In this document: positions 54,277 to 63,277 of the stretch, one piece after another
Position numbering within the stretch: the first letter of the stretch is position 1
How the letters are laid out: every line of letters starts with the position of its first letter
DNA from: Escherichia phage vB_EcoM_Skers
Direction: 5' to 3' (one strand)
Length of the DNA: 64,000 nt
Sequence record: MW748999.1
The notes under the pieces: generated by a model
The model's input: only the letters and a program-made list of their open reading frames with translations
What the model was told of the DNA's origin: nothing
Databases searched by the model: none
Position numbers and translations under genes: made by a program

Positions 54277-54305
54277 AGTATAGGGGATCGCCGATCCCCT
54301 GTCAA
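54277..54305 (-). promoter_or_regulatory. PeSL-type early promoter cassette
   Basis: TTGACA-N17-TATACT; spacer palindrome GGGGATCggcGATCCCC. Confidence 0.75.
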
Positions 54306-54319
54306 CCAGTTTTTAGAAA

Positions 54320-54580
54320 TTATTTTCGCCATTCACCGGAAACAATGAAGTTTGTAAAGTGATTGTGGTCCGTGATAATGTCATTAAGTACCATATGCGG
54401 ATATGCTTTAGTGTAATCACGTTTACGATCAGTCATCCAACCAACGAAAGTCGGTGCAAAGTACGGCACACCGTCAGATGATGCCATATTAAACCCTTTA
54501 TCAGCCATAAATGCAGCCGCCCTAAGATTTTTAATTGAAGTAGTGCGACTAATTTCAAAAACTTTATCAGTAAAATTCAT
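54320..54580 (-). CDS. Hypothetical protein (86 aa)
   Basis: ORF after PeSL promoter. Confidence 0.5.
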   Translation of the reverse strand: MNFTDKVFEISRTTSIKNLRAAAFMADKGFNMASSDGVPYFAPTFVGWMTDRKRDYTKAYPHMVLNDIITDHNHFTNFIVSGEWRK

Positions 54581-54792
54581 TTTAAGCCCCCCGCTCGTGC
54601 ATTAATACGCATTTTCTGAATAGCCATGATCTGGCTTACTGCTTCTTCTTTACGTTCTTGCGTGATAACGTGACCAGATTCCGCAAACTCTCCAGCAACT
54701 TCTTCTACGATCTCGCGAACTTGAGAACGTCCAAAGATGCGGTTTCCTTCGTAGCTCATAAACTCTGTTACTACTTGCTCGATAGATTTCAT
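54577..54792 (-). CDS. Hypothetical protein (71 aa)
   Basis: ORF with SD AGGAG after PeSL. Confidence 0.55.
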   Translation of the reverse strand: MKSIEQVVTEFMSYEGNRIFGRSQVREIVEEVAGEFAESGHVITQERKEEAVSQIMAIQKMRINARAGGLK

Positions 54793-54821
54793 GTGATTCT
54801 CCTTTTGTTTGGTATGGGAGT

Positions 54822-54850
54822 ATGTTACTACTCCCTTATCTTTACGTCAA
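54822..54850 (-). promoter_or_regulatory. PeSL-type early promoter cassette
   Basis: TTGACG -35; palindrome GGGAGTA/TACTCCC. Confidence 0.6.
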
Positions 54851-54857
54851 CTAGTTT

Positions 54858-55100
54858 TTAGAAATTTTTCGCTTCTTCTTCGGTCATCATCACCGCGCAT
54901 TCGTGCATAACTTTGAAAACCGGGTCAATCATATCGAATGCTTCGCGAGACAATTTACGAGAAGCGATTTTGATTGCTTCAACGTCTTCTACTACAGGAA
55001 CAAAAACAGTTTTCAGTTCATCGAGAACGGCAGCTTCTTTTTCATTCAGGAAGATTCCAGCGTCGTACAATGCAACTTCGATAACATTAACTTTAACCAT
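54858..55100 (-). CDS. Hypothetical protein (80 aa)
   Basis: Start trimmed to ATG 55100 (SD GGAGGAAATAAAA) after PeSL. Confidence 0.5.
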   Translation of the reverse strand: MVKVNVIEVALYDAGIFLNEKEAAVLDELKTVFVPVVEDVEAIKIASRKLSREAFDMIDPVFKVMHECAVMMTEEEAKNF

Positions 55101-55134
55101 TTTTATTTCCTCCAGTTCGTTTCGGTATGGGAGT

Positions 55135-55163
55135 ATAATACTACCGATGACCTTTGGCGTCAA
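55135..55163 (-). promoter_or_regulatory. PeSL-type early promoter (degenerate)
   Basis: TTGACG-N17-TATTAT. Confidence 0.5.
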
Positions 55164-55365
55164 CTAGTTTTTTGTTATTTTCGTGAAATTTTTTCGTCGC
55201 CTCATGTGCTTTTCGCTGGGCTTCTAGTTGTGCTTTCTGGCGTGCTGCCTCTTGTGAAGCCATAACGGAAGCATTTGCAGCAGTTACAGCCGCGACCATC
55301 GCTGCGGTATTAGCATTTACCGTACATGCACTAGCCAGCAAAGCAATCGCAATCATTTTCTTCAT
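55141..55365 (-). CDS. Small secreted protein (74 aa)
   Basis: N-terminal signal peptide MKKMIAIALLASACTVNA; Ala/Lys-rich mature region. Coordinates overlap the predicted promoter, so one of the two calls may be wrong. Confidence 0.45.
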   Translation of the reverse strand: MKKMIAIALLASACTVNANTAAMVAAVTAANASVMASQEAARQKAQLEAQRKAHEATKKFHENNKKLVDAKGHR

Positions 55366-55532
55366 AGTTTCCCCTTTAGGTTATCTTCGACCTTCACCCA
55401 TTCCGCGTATTCTTGCGCGGCTACTTTCGGATTTAGTCCGTCTTCGTACATTGCTTCAAGTAATTCTTCGTCGGTGGGCTTATACCCTAGATAAGCCTCC
55501 ACCTGATTTTTCCAAATTTTATACCAGTTCAT
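55362..55532 (-). CDS. Hypothetical small protein (56 aa)
   Basis: Start trimmed to ATG 55532. Confidence 0.4.
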   Translation of the reverse strand: MNWYKIWKNQVEAYLGYKPTDEELLEAMYEDGLNPKVAAQEYAEWVKVEDNLKGKL

Positions 55533-55536
55533 ATTA

Positions 55537-55809
55537 TCACCAATCAAGAGCGCGTGTCTCTGCGTCTTCCCATGCTTGATCCATAACAGCCTTGAAAACA
55601 TATTCTAGAGTATCATCTTTAGAGAATCCGAAGACTTTAGACGGAATATCTTCAATTGCTACTCCCGCAACTTCTGCATTACGCGCTTGGCAATAATGCA
55701 ACTCTAAGTTATCGAGATAGCGACCGCCTAATTTCTCCATATCATCCCAACATTTCCAGTAACCTACTTTATCTGCAATTGCCAACACTTTGCTGTTTTC
55801 GTTGTTCAT
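55537..55809 (-). CDS. Hypothetical protein (90 aa)
   Basis: Start trimmed to ATG 55809 (SD GGAGAATCAAAG) after PeSL. Confidence 0.5.
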   Translation of the reverse strand: MNNENSKVLAIADKVGYWKCWDDMEKLGGRYLDNLELHYCQARNAEVAGVAIEDIPSKVFGFSKDDTLEYVFKAVMDQAWEDAETRALDW

Positions 55810-55840
55810 CTTTGATTCTCCTTTTGTTTGGTATGGGTGT

Positions 55841-55869
55841 ATTATGCAATGCTGGATTATGGAAGTCAA
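55841..55869 (-). promoter_or_regulatory. PeSL-type early promoter (degenerate)
   Basis: TTGACT-N17-CATAAT. Confidence 0.55.
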
Positions 55870-55878
55870 ACAACTTTT

Positions 55879-55912
55879 CAAATAAAAAAAAGCCGACCAC
55901 AAGGATCGGCTT
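55879..55912 (-). terminator. Intrinsic terminator
   Basis: AAGCCGATCCttgtGGTCGGCTT followed by TTTTTTTATTT on minus strand; same hairpin as 44669..44699 in opposite orientation. Confidence 0.7.
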
Positions 55913-55921
55913 AATAGTCAG

Positions 55922-56293
55922 TTACTTACTAAATTTCTTTTTGGCTTCGTCTACTGCATGAGATGCTAGTACCGCTGCCGCATGTGCACTTTTATCTGTG
56001 TTGCAGAGAACACCCAGATAAACATCACGCCAAAGTTTAATCATCTCGTAGATCATATCAATATCATTTTCTTGTTTGTTGGCGATGCTATTCATCGTTA
56101 TCTGGTAAGGCAACGGCTTGATCTGTACTGGTTCCGCCATCGGGCTAATCGGTTTCGGATCAGTCATAATAGGTGCTGTTGTTGGTGGTGTTTTCCATAC
56201 ACCATTATTCCACGGTTTAATCGTTGTATCGTAAAGTTTATAAGGATTTTTGTCTGGATTAACCATCCAGGCATGATGAAGTACCCAAACCAT
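55922..56293 (-). CDS. Hypothetical protein (123 aa)
   Basis: ORF followed by terminator. Confidence 0.5.
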   Translation of the reverse strand: MVWVLHHAWMVNPDKNPYKLYDTTIKPWNNGVWKTPPTTAPIMTDPKPISPMAEPVQIKPLPYQITMNSIANKQENDIDMIYEMIKLWRDVYLGVLCNTDKSAHAAAVLASHAVDEAKKKFSK

Positions 56294-56310
56294 TTGAAGT
56301 AATGCGTCGT

Positions 56311-56520
56311 TCAGTCATACTTTCCCTCCAAAAATTCTTTCATCAAATAGTCTATCGTTGCTCTGTGTTCTGGTGTGTTTGTTATCTCTGCTAACTTGTT
56401 CAGAGATTCAATAGTGATCCGGTTGGCTTCTTCCATAGTCTCAACGACCATCGGTACAATCTTTTTATTGTTGTACACGAAAGCCACATAACCGCCTTCT
56501 GGATATTCTTTCATAATCAA
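56311..56520 (-). CDS. Hypothetical protein (69 aa)
   Basis: ORF overlap-coupled to gene 52. Confidence 0.5.
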   Translation of the reverse strand: MIMKEYPEGGYVAFVYNNKKIVPMVVETMEEANRITIESLNKLAEITNTPEHRATIDYLMKEFLEGKYD

Positions 56521-57878
56521 CCCTTCTTAAGTTCTTTAAGATCTTTCTTATATTCCTTCATTGCGGTCGTCTTTGTCCAATACTCATATTCACTATGATG
56601 TTTATCGGCATCTTTGACCAGTCGATCATACTCTTCTTGAGTAACGCTATACAATGGCATAGAAACGAGCTTATCGGCATATGGGCGAAGTTTTTCATGT
56701 TCATTGATGGATTGCATTACCTCGGCCTTTTTCTTGCCCTGTAGCTCGATTTCGCCCTTAATTACGCGGTCGATAAATTCGGCTTTAGCCATTGCATAAT
56801 TGTATGCTTCCAGCGTTTCCGCTTGCATCAATTCAATGCGTTTATCGACATAGCCTAATCGGATTTCGACGAATCGACGGATCAGATCGCTCGCTTTCTC
56901 GAATACTTCTACTAAACCACGTTCGTTAACTACTACGATATTCTGGGCTACTAACTGCGTTAGTTTAAAATCCTTCATGATTTGCTCATGTCGAGCGGAT
57001 TCATCTTCGCTTTTGAAATAATCGCGTTTCAGTGTTACCTCAAATCTGAATCCGTCCTTAGAGCAACGGTCATTATACGATACAATCAGATCTTTTTCTT
57101 CCAGTGCATCCAGTACCGCTACATATTCTTCACGGTCGAACTTATAAGGAACTTCTGATATTGTCAGTTTAGTCTTGCCGTTTAGTTCATATGTACCCTC
57201 AAGAATCACACCATCGCGATCATCTCGCGGGATAACTTTACCCGTGAATTTCGGGAATTGAACACTAGGTTCTTTATCCAGTTTTCCGGCAAGTGCTAGC
57301 TCTGTGCATTCAATAAGGCTTTCCAATGAATGCGGTAAAATGTCAGTTTTATACCCTGTAGCAATACCACTAATACCATTAGCCAATACCATTGGCACAA
57401 CTGGCAAGTAGAACGCTGGCGGGATGTGTTCCAGATCTTCGTGCTTAGGTGCGCAATTCATATCTTTATAGATTTTAAAGAAGTTTTCATGCACACGAGC
57501 AAAGATATAACGTGCCGCACCTGCTTTCTGGACTAAACGCGATCCGAAGTTACCTTGACCGTCAAGCAGTGGAGTATTATTGCTCCATGTATTCGCCATA
57601 AGTGATCCGGCTTCTACGGCATTAGTTTCCCCGTGGTGATAACCCAACTCAGCAACACCAGATCCAATATCTGCCATCTTACGGAATTTCTTACGGTCGC
57701 CTTTACTCTTTTGAAGTGCGCACTCCATAACAAAGCGTTGTACTGGTTTAAGCCCATCTACCAATTGAGGAATCCCGCGTTCCTCGGCAGAATAGATCGC
57801 ATATTCCTTAGCTTCATTATGTACAATGCTTTCAAGGCTGCGGTAAGTAACTGATTTATTCATCTTCACCTCATACAC
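56517..57878 (-). CDS. 52: DNA topoisomerase II medium subunit (GyrA-like cleavage domain)
   Basis: 453 aa (T4 gp52 is 442 aa); GIPQLVDGLKPVQRFV and active-site AARYIFARV. Confidence 0.88.
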   Translation of the reverse strand: MYEVKMNKSVTYRSLESIVHNEAKEYAIYSAEERGIPQLVDGLKPVQRFVMECALQKSKGDRKKFRKMADIGSGVAELGYHHGETNAVEAGSLMANTWSNNTPLLDGQGNFGSRLVQKAGAARYIFARVHENFFKIYKDMNCAPKHEDLEHIPPAFYLPVVPMVLANGISGIATGYKTDILPHSLESLIECTELALAGKLDKEPSVQFPKFTGKVIPRDDRDGVILEGTYELNGKTKLTISEVPYKFDREEYVAVLDALEEKDLIVSYNDRCSKDGFRFEVTLKRDYFKSEDESARHEQIMKDFKLTQLVAQNIVVVNERGLVEVFEKASDLIRRFVEIRLGYVDKRIELMQAETLEAYNYAMAKAEFIDRVIKGEIELQGKKKAEVMQSINEHEKLRPYADKLVSMPLYSVTQEEYDRLVKDADKHHSEYEYWTKTTAMKEYKKDLKELKKG

Positions 57879-58233
57879 GCTTACAAATCACATTCTTTAC
57901 TTTATCAGATTTATCCGCCCAATCCAATAGCCATTTTAACGGAAGGATTGAAACAATAAACGGGGCAGCAATCAAAGCAAACATGATACACCGGATAATC
58001 AGAAAAACGCAAGTAACAAAACTAGCGATAGTGATCCCGACAAAACAAAATACCATAGAAAACAGAGTAATGATATAGAAAGGCCAGAATACCCACTCCC
58101 GCATCTTAACGCCTTTGTATTCCCTGAATTGCTTAAAATCTACAAACAATTCTCGGATAGACGCGTACAGGACCGAAAAATCATCTTTCATTGCTCTGAA
58201 TGAGCAATCTTCTATTTTAGAATGATCTAGCAT
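57871..58233 (-). CDS. Membrane protein (120 aa)
   Basis: Two predicted TM helices (IITLFSMVFCFVGITIASFV, ALIAAPFIVSILPL). Confidence 0.5.
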   Translation of the reverse strand: MLDHSKIEDCSFRAMKDDFSVLYASIRELFVDFKQFREYKGVKMREWVFWPFYIITLFSMVFCFVGITIASFVTCVFLIIRCIMFALIAAPFIVSILPLKWLLDWADKSDKVKNVICKRV

Positions 58234-58235
58234 TA

Positions 58236-58529
58236 TTAACCGCCTTTAACCATTGATACCGGAATTGTTTTCTGATTTGTGTATAAGTGGCCTACTTCAA
58301 ATTTTTCCTGAATCACCACAACGTTACAATATCCACTGTCTTTAAGTTTTCTGATAATGTCTCGCTTTTGTTCGTCGGTGATAGGATTGACTGTTCTCAC
58401 CAATTCATCGCAAATAATAGCACCATCTTTACAATTACCAGTAACTTTCATGCTACGACCGTGAACAACAACCACATCACCGTAAATCACATTTTTGTCT
58501 TCGTATTTGGTAATAATCGTGACCGTCAT
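58236..58529 (-). CDS. Hypothetical protein (97 aa)
   Basis: ORF with SD. Confidence 0.5.
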   Translation of the reverse strand: MTVTIITKYEDKNVIYGDVVVVHGRSMKVTGNCKDGAIICDELVRTVNPITDEQKRDIIRKLKDSGYCNVVVIQEKFEVGHLYTNQKTIPVSMVKGG

Positions 58530-58544
58530 AATGTATTCCCTCTA

Positions 58545-58568
58545 AGAAAGGCCGCGCAAAGCGGCCTA
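58545..58568 (-). terminator. Hairpin terminator
   Basis: AGGCCGCtttgcGCGGCCT followed by TTCTT on minus strand. Confidence 0.45.
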
Positions 58569-58574
58569 TGTTGA

Positions 58575-58892
58575 TTATTGTTCTACAGTATAACCGTTGT
58601 TTTCAAGCCATGCAATAACAATCTTTTCACCAATTTCATCGAGCATTTCATCAGCGCCATATTCTTTAATGAAAGTCGATGGATCATTATTGCTTACTAC
58701 GTGCTGGATCACAACATGTTCAGGGATTGCATCTAGCAGTTCGCTATGATCATACTCATTAACGATATCTTCAACGGTAACATTATTAGCCAGATCCACA
58801 TCGTCTAAAGTCACCGTAACGCGTCGAGATGGATATGCTACCTGTTCTACTTCAACATGTGCACTTTCGCAAGTAACCTTCATATCAATCAT
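58575..58892 (-). CDS. Hypothetical protein (105 aa)
   Basis: ORF with SD GAGGAA. Confidence 0.5.
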   Translation of the reverse strand: MIDMKVTCESAHVEVEQVAYPSRRVTVTLDDVDLANNVTVEDIVNEYDHSELLDAIPEHVVIQHVVSNNDPSTFIKEYGADEMLDEIGEKIVIAWLENNGYTVEQ

Positions 58893-58906
58893 AATTAATT
58901 CCTCTA

Positions 58907-59908
58907 TTAGTAATGGCTAAAACCTTCGGTTACATCTTCAACCACATAGTAACGATGACAGCGCATTTTGGCATTCGCATAATCTTTCGGGATACTTACA
59001 ACGTGACGCGGATCAACTTTGCATTTAATGATTCGGCCTCGCCCACCGCCATAGTGCGGAATATAGTGTTTCGCTGCAACGTGGAGGCCATTAGAGCAAG
59101 TACGATCATCATCTGGGTCCACGTCTTTACGCTTCATTTTAACCGTTCGCCCTGGGCTATTATCAAACGTATGCGTAAAGAAATCTTTATAATCAACATC
59201 AACACGTTTCCATGCATAGAAACAACCGTCTTCCCCGATCTCAATGTCGTTGTGCTCTAAGAAGTCAAACAGACGATCTACGGCCTTACGGCTAGGGTTT
59301 TTCTTGCACTTCTCAAAGAAGTTCAGATAGTGCGTATATGGCTTATTCTCTTTAATAGACTCCACAACTCGACGAGTCAGATTATTATCAAGAACAATAT
59401 TATGATAATACACAATACCATTTTCGATACGGAAAGCGCCGTGATAATATACTTCAACCGCTTTCTTAATGTCAATCAGCGTAATTGCTTTAATGAAATC
59501 ATTCTGCTTAACTGCTTCCAGTGCTTCATTAAAGTTAACATGTGATGGATCAGCAGTATAAACAATGTCACCACATGTAATAGTAATAAACTTAGTTGAG
59601 GCTATGGCTACGATTTTTGAGGAAGTAGTCACGGGCTTTTTTGCGCGTTCACCGCCTTTTCCTTTACTGGTTTTACGGCGTGCTTTACGTTTTTCTAGTG
59701 CCTTGCGACCTTCCGCTACTGCGTCTTTCTGAATCAGTAATACACGGGAGGCAGTACGACGAGATACCCCAAATGCTGCCGCAAGTGCTTCGCGGGTAGT
59801 AAACTTACCTTCGCCCCACTGTTTAGCCAGTTTGATTTGTTTTTCAGAATCCAGGCATTGAACGTTACGGTCAGAGACGGTGATTTTTGCTTTAGTCATA
59901 GTATTCAT
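58907..59908 (-). CDS. rIIB: rIIB protein
   Basis: C-terminal RLFDFLEHNDIEIGEDGCFYAWK ... FDNSPGRTVKM ... CSNGLHV ... HVVSIPKDYANAKMRC ... VVEDVTE matches recalled T4 rIIB. Confidence 0.85.
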   Translation of the reverse strand: MNTMTKAKITVSDRNVQCLDSEKQIKLAKQWGEGKFTTREALAAAFGVSRRTASRVLLIQKDAVAEGRKALEKRKARRKTSKGKGGERAKKPVTTSSKIVAIASTKFITITCGDIVYTADPSHVNFNEALEAVKQNDFIKAITLIDIKKAVEVYYHGAFRIENGIVYYHNIVLDNNLTRRVVESIKENKPYTHYLNFFEKCKKNPSRKAVDRLFDFLEHNDIEIGEDGCFYAWKRVDVDYKDFFTHTFDNSPGRTVKMKRKDVDPDDDRTCSNGLHVAAKHYIPHYGGGRGRIIKCKVDPRHVVSIPKDYANAKMRCHRYYVVEDVTEGFSHY

Positions 59909-59962
59909 TCCTCTATTAGTTGGGCGACTATCGCCGCCCGATTCACATCATTATACCAGAAT

Positions 59963-60093
59963 TATTTTGCTTCGACAACCTTGCGGATTGTGCGGTCTGA
60001 TACATTATAGATTCGTGCCAGTTCGCCTTTAGTCAAGCCGCGAGCGTATTGTTTACGGATGGTTTCTTTCTGGATAGCGGTCAGTTTAGTCAT
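59963..60093 (-). CDS. Small HTH protein (43 aa), not in ORF track
   Basis: MTKLTAIQKETIRKQYARGLTKGELARIYNVSDRTIRKV; resembles rIIB N-terminal HTH. Confidence 0.35.
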
Positions 60094-60104
60094 AATATCA
60101 CCTC

Positions 60105-62213
60105 TTAAAATTTAACATTCTTAACCAGTTTCATAAAGTCTTGTGCGCGTTTGTCGTTATGCAGAATACGATACCAGTTATCTACAATATCATACAGTAA
60201 CGGGCTATTCTCTTTAAACTTCGCACAAACTGCTTTAATTCGTTCGTTTGCTGCCGTGAATTTTTCATCACAAATCTTTTTAGTTTCTTCGTCCATAATC
60301 CAACGAGTATGAAGGAGTAACTTGGAAACCTCTTTATTATAATGACGACCGTACAGTCTGTCAATAAATTCTGGAACACAGCGTTCTAGTTCATCGTCAT
60401 GAAACAACATAGTGATCACACCCAGATATTCGCCATACCCCAGATGATTGGTCTTAACCTTCTTAGCCAGACCAGCCAGCTTACCGCAAACAAATTCTAG
60501 CGCACATTCCAATTGTTCGTCAACGAGATATTTTTGTGTCTCGTTTCGAGTAATAATATACTTTGTTACCCCGAAGTAGTCAAGCGCCGTGTGTAATGTA
60601 TTTTCACTATGGATCGATTTACGACTACGGCTTTCGAATGCATCACCTACGCGGAACATGTGCAAGCCTGATAACTCGCGAATCTCTGCCGCTTTCATGT
60701 GATGGCTGGTTTTATGCCAATTGTCACCAATCTTTTCCATAATATACACGTTAGGCAGCTTGGGAGTAGCTTCACGTTGTGTACGCTCGGTCTTTTCCGG
60801 TTTAACTGCTTTAGCACGCAGATCATCGGCCTCAGACACCTTAATCACGGTCATTTCAGAATCATCATAATACTGTTTGATGTACTCGAAAGTCTCCATA
60901 TGTTTTTCGTTGCGCTGACGGAACACAAGTACCTTTTTATTGATGCCGTATTCCTGGACCATACCGTTAAGAGTCAGTGCACGCAGTTTCGGTTTATCGG
61001 TATCATCAATAAGACACGTAATATCTTCTTTATGCATCCATACAAAATGCGTAATGTTGTATTGACTGCTAACGAAAGCAGGGCGCAATTTGCTGATCGT
61101 GTGTCGATGATGATACAGAGTATACACTTGACCTTCTACGTCATTAGGCGAATCTTTACCCGCATTCACAAACTTATTATAGATTGCTACCGGATCGTCC
61201 CATTGTCCGATCTTACCCATCTTGCTAATAATATTGCGTTGAGTCGATGAATACTCGCTCATAAATTGCGCAAGTTTACGCTCTGTTTTAATGTTGGCGA
61301 TCTTTTCTTTAACCTTTTCCAACATCATTTCATTGATTTCTGCAATGCGTTTTTCGATGTTCGCTTTAGTCTCAATTGACAAGTGAACTTCTTCACGCGA
61401 TGGCATCAGGTCCAGATCACCCAACTCAAAATTAATGTAAATGGTCTGGTGCTGGCGGTTTACAGCTTCTAACCATGTTCCGCGAACATATTCATACGGG
61501 ATCGGATACTGGATCTTACCCATGATTGCATATACTACATAGGAATCGTTATCACGCCCATTACAAACATAATAATTATCAAAGCTAGGGAAATAATTAA
61601 TTTCGATTGCATTGATATTAGGTTTGTGTTCCCCAAAATGACGAAGTACAAATTGTGCTTCTCGATGCCATGTTTGAATGTCTTTTTCTTTCACCGGAAT
61701 AGTGATTTTCAGACCATTGTCTTCATAGGTCGGTTCGTCGAAAATCTGCACCATTTTCGGCATAGAGTTTTGCACAAATGCAGTAAAGCCATAAGCGCGA
61801 CCATTGTAGTAGTTTACGATTGTAAAGGTGTCGGTATAGCTATAAGCAGACTTCGCACCCAAACCAAAAGACCCGATATAGTCATTAGTCTGGTCTTTTG
61901 TTGATTCAAAGTAAACCGTAAACAGTTGTTCTAATTCTTTCTTAGACGGAATACCAGTACCATAATCACGCACAGAAAAATACGGTTCGATTGCAGTCGG
62001 TAAATGAATATCAAACGGACGATCTAAGGTTCCGGCTTCTTTGTGAGTGTCGGTAGCATTGCACGAATACTCACGGACGCAAGCGCGTTCACAATATTGA
62101 TAAGTGTTCTTAGAAAGCACCATAAAAGCCTTGCTACTTGCTTTCAGTGAAAAATCAACCGCACCGCTCAAGTCACTGCCAAATACTTCTTCATTATCAA
62201 TATGCATTTTCAT
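60105..62213 (-). CDS. rIIA: rIIA protein (GHKL-type ATPase N-terminal domain)
   Basis: 702 aa (T4 rIIA is 725 aa); Bergerat-fold motifs RDYGTGI and GSFGLGAKS; adjacent to rIIB. Confidence 0.85.
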   Translation of the reverse strand: MKMHIDNEEVFGSDLSGAVDFSLKASSKAFMVLSKNTYQYCERACVREYSCNATDTHKEAGTLDRPFDIHLPTAIEPYFSVRDYGTGIPSKKELEQLFTVYFESTKDQTNDYIGSFGLGAKSAYSYTDTFTIVNYYNGRAYGFTAFVQNSMPKMVQIFDEPTYEDNGLKITIPVKEKDIQTWHREAQFVLRHFGEHKPNINAIEINYFPSFDNYYVCNGRDNDSYVVYAIMGKIQYPIPYEYVRGTWLEAVNRQHQTIYINFELGDLDLMPSREEVHLSIETKANIEKRIAEINEMMLEKVKEKIANIKTERKLAQFMSEYSSTQRNIISKMGKIGQWDDPVAIYNKFVNAGKDSPNDVEGQVYTLYHHRHTISKLRPAFVSSQYNITHFVWMHKEDITCLIDDTDKPKLRALTLNGMVQEYGINKKVLVFRQRNEKHMETFEYIKQYYDDSEMTVIKVSEADDLRAKAVKPEKTERTQREATPKLPNVYIMEKIGDNWHKTSHHMKAAEIRELSGLHMFRVGDAFESRSRKSIHSENTLHTALDYFGVTKYIITRNETQKYLVDEQLECALEFVCGKLAGLAKKVKTNHLGYGEYLGVITMLFHDDELERCVPEFIDRLYGRHYNKEVSKLLLHTRWIMDEETKKICDEKFTAANERIKAVCAKFKENSPLLYDIVDNWYRILHNDKRAQDFMKLVKNVKF

Positions 62214-62227
62214 AATATAATCCTCAC

Positions 62228-62485
62228 TTAATTAAAATCTTCTTTGTCCATCTCTGCGTAAATTACATCCCACGCCCATAAATCAATAAACGCATTATAT
62301 GTCACGGTGCAATCGTTGTCAATCACTTCTTTCGCATATTTCTTGATGTTTTCGTAGGAAACTTGCGGATCAATTTTGTGTTTACGAAGATGCGCATATT
62401 CATACCTCAAACACTCCATAAACAGGTCCATCGATTTCTTTTCTCGATGACACTTGGCGATCATAAAATCAAAACTTCGACTCAT
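62228..62485 (-). CDS. Hypothetical protein (85 aa)
   Basis: ORF with SD GGAG. Confidence 0.5.
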   Translation of the reverse strand: MSRSFDFMIAKCHREKKSMDLFMECLRYEYAHLRKHKIDPQVSYENIKKYAKEVIDNDCTVTYNAFIDLWAWDVIYAEMDKEDFN

Positions 62486-62495
62486 TTTCTACTCC

Positions 62496-62690
62496 TTATA
62501 CATTTTCAATCACCCATTGCAGATGGGCTTCTGCGTCAACCAGTTCAGCGCGGCTTTTCTCTAAGCACTTGCTGTATTCTTTACGTTCCCACTCGGCAAT
62601 TTCGTTTTTCAGGACTTCTTCATAGTAAGCAATTACGCCTTTCAGATCGGAAACTTTACGGCTTGCCAGTTCGATGTAATGGTTACGCAT
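62496..62690 (-). CDS. Hypothetical protein (64 aa)
   Basis: ORF with SD AGGAG. Confidence 0.5.
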   Translation of the reverse strand: MRNHYIELASRKVSDLKGVIAYYEEVLKNEIAEWERKEYSKCLEKSRAELVDAEAHLQWVIENV

Positions 62691-62877
62691 TTTGATTCTC
62701 CTTTGTTACTAGATAACGAATTTGGTCTTGCATTGCAATCAGTTCCCAGCGTGCTACTTTCATCATAGAAACCGACTCTTTGAACATAATATTAGCTTTT
62801 TCCTTATCCCCTGTCAAGTAGATTTCTGCAATTTTTTCACAAAATTTTTGAGTTTCTTCATTCTTAAACGGTTTCAT
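62683..62877 (-). CDS. Hypothetical protein (64 aa)
   Basis: Start trimmed to ATG 62877 (track used upstream TTG); PeSL upstream. Confidence 0.5.
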   Translation of the reverse strand: MKPFKNEETQKFCEKIAEIYLTGDKEKANIMFKESVSMMKVARWELIAMQDQIRYLVTKENQNA

Positions 62878-62907
62878 ATAAGTCAACCTTTTGTTTTCGA
62901 TGGGGAT

Positions 62908-62936
62908 ATTATGATATATCCCCGATCCGGTGTCAA
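62908..62936 (-). promoter_or_regulatory. PeSL-type early promoter cassette
   Basis: TTGACA-N17-CATAAT; palindrome GGGGATAT/ATATCCCC. Confidence 0.7.
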
Positions 62937-62943
62937 CAGATTT

Positions 62944-63243
62944 TTAATCTTTTTTCAGTGCATCCATTACTCGCTCTGCGATCAGTTCTCTTAAGCACTG
63001 ATAACCATGATATTTGATGGCAATGTCACGCAGATCATTAACCAGTTCCCGTACTTCATGGTCTTTCAGATCGTCTCTGTATTTCGATTTAATCGTATCT
63101 TTAGGTGGATTGCGGATAACCTGAAAACCTTGTTCTGCAATCACTGCGGCTTCTCGCTGGCGTTCATGCTGTACTGTATTTTTGATCAGGTCTGCTTCCA
63201 TGAACTTTGCCACACTCATCATCATGTTATTCTTTTTGCTCAT
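62944..63243 (-). CDS. Hypothetical protein (about 99 aa)
   Basis: Start trimmed to ATG 63243 (SD GAGGA) after promoter. Confidence 0.5.
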   Translation of the reverse strand: MSKKNNMMMSVAKFMEADLIKNTVQHERQREAAVIAEQGFQVIRNPPKDTIKSKYRDDLKDHEVRELVNDLRDIAIKYHGYQCLRELIAERVMDALKKD

Positions 63244-63277
63244 CGTTAAATCCTCATAAAAGAAAAGGGAGACTCCC

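Noticed and set aside
60699-61250. 183-aa plus-strand ORF
   Set aside because: Antisense within rIIA; no SD and low-complexity composition.
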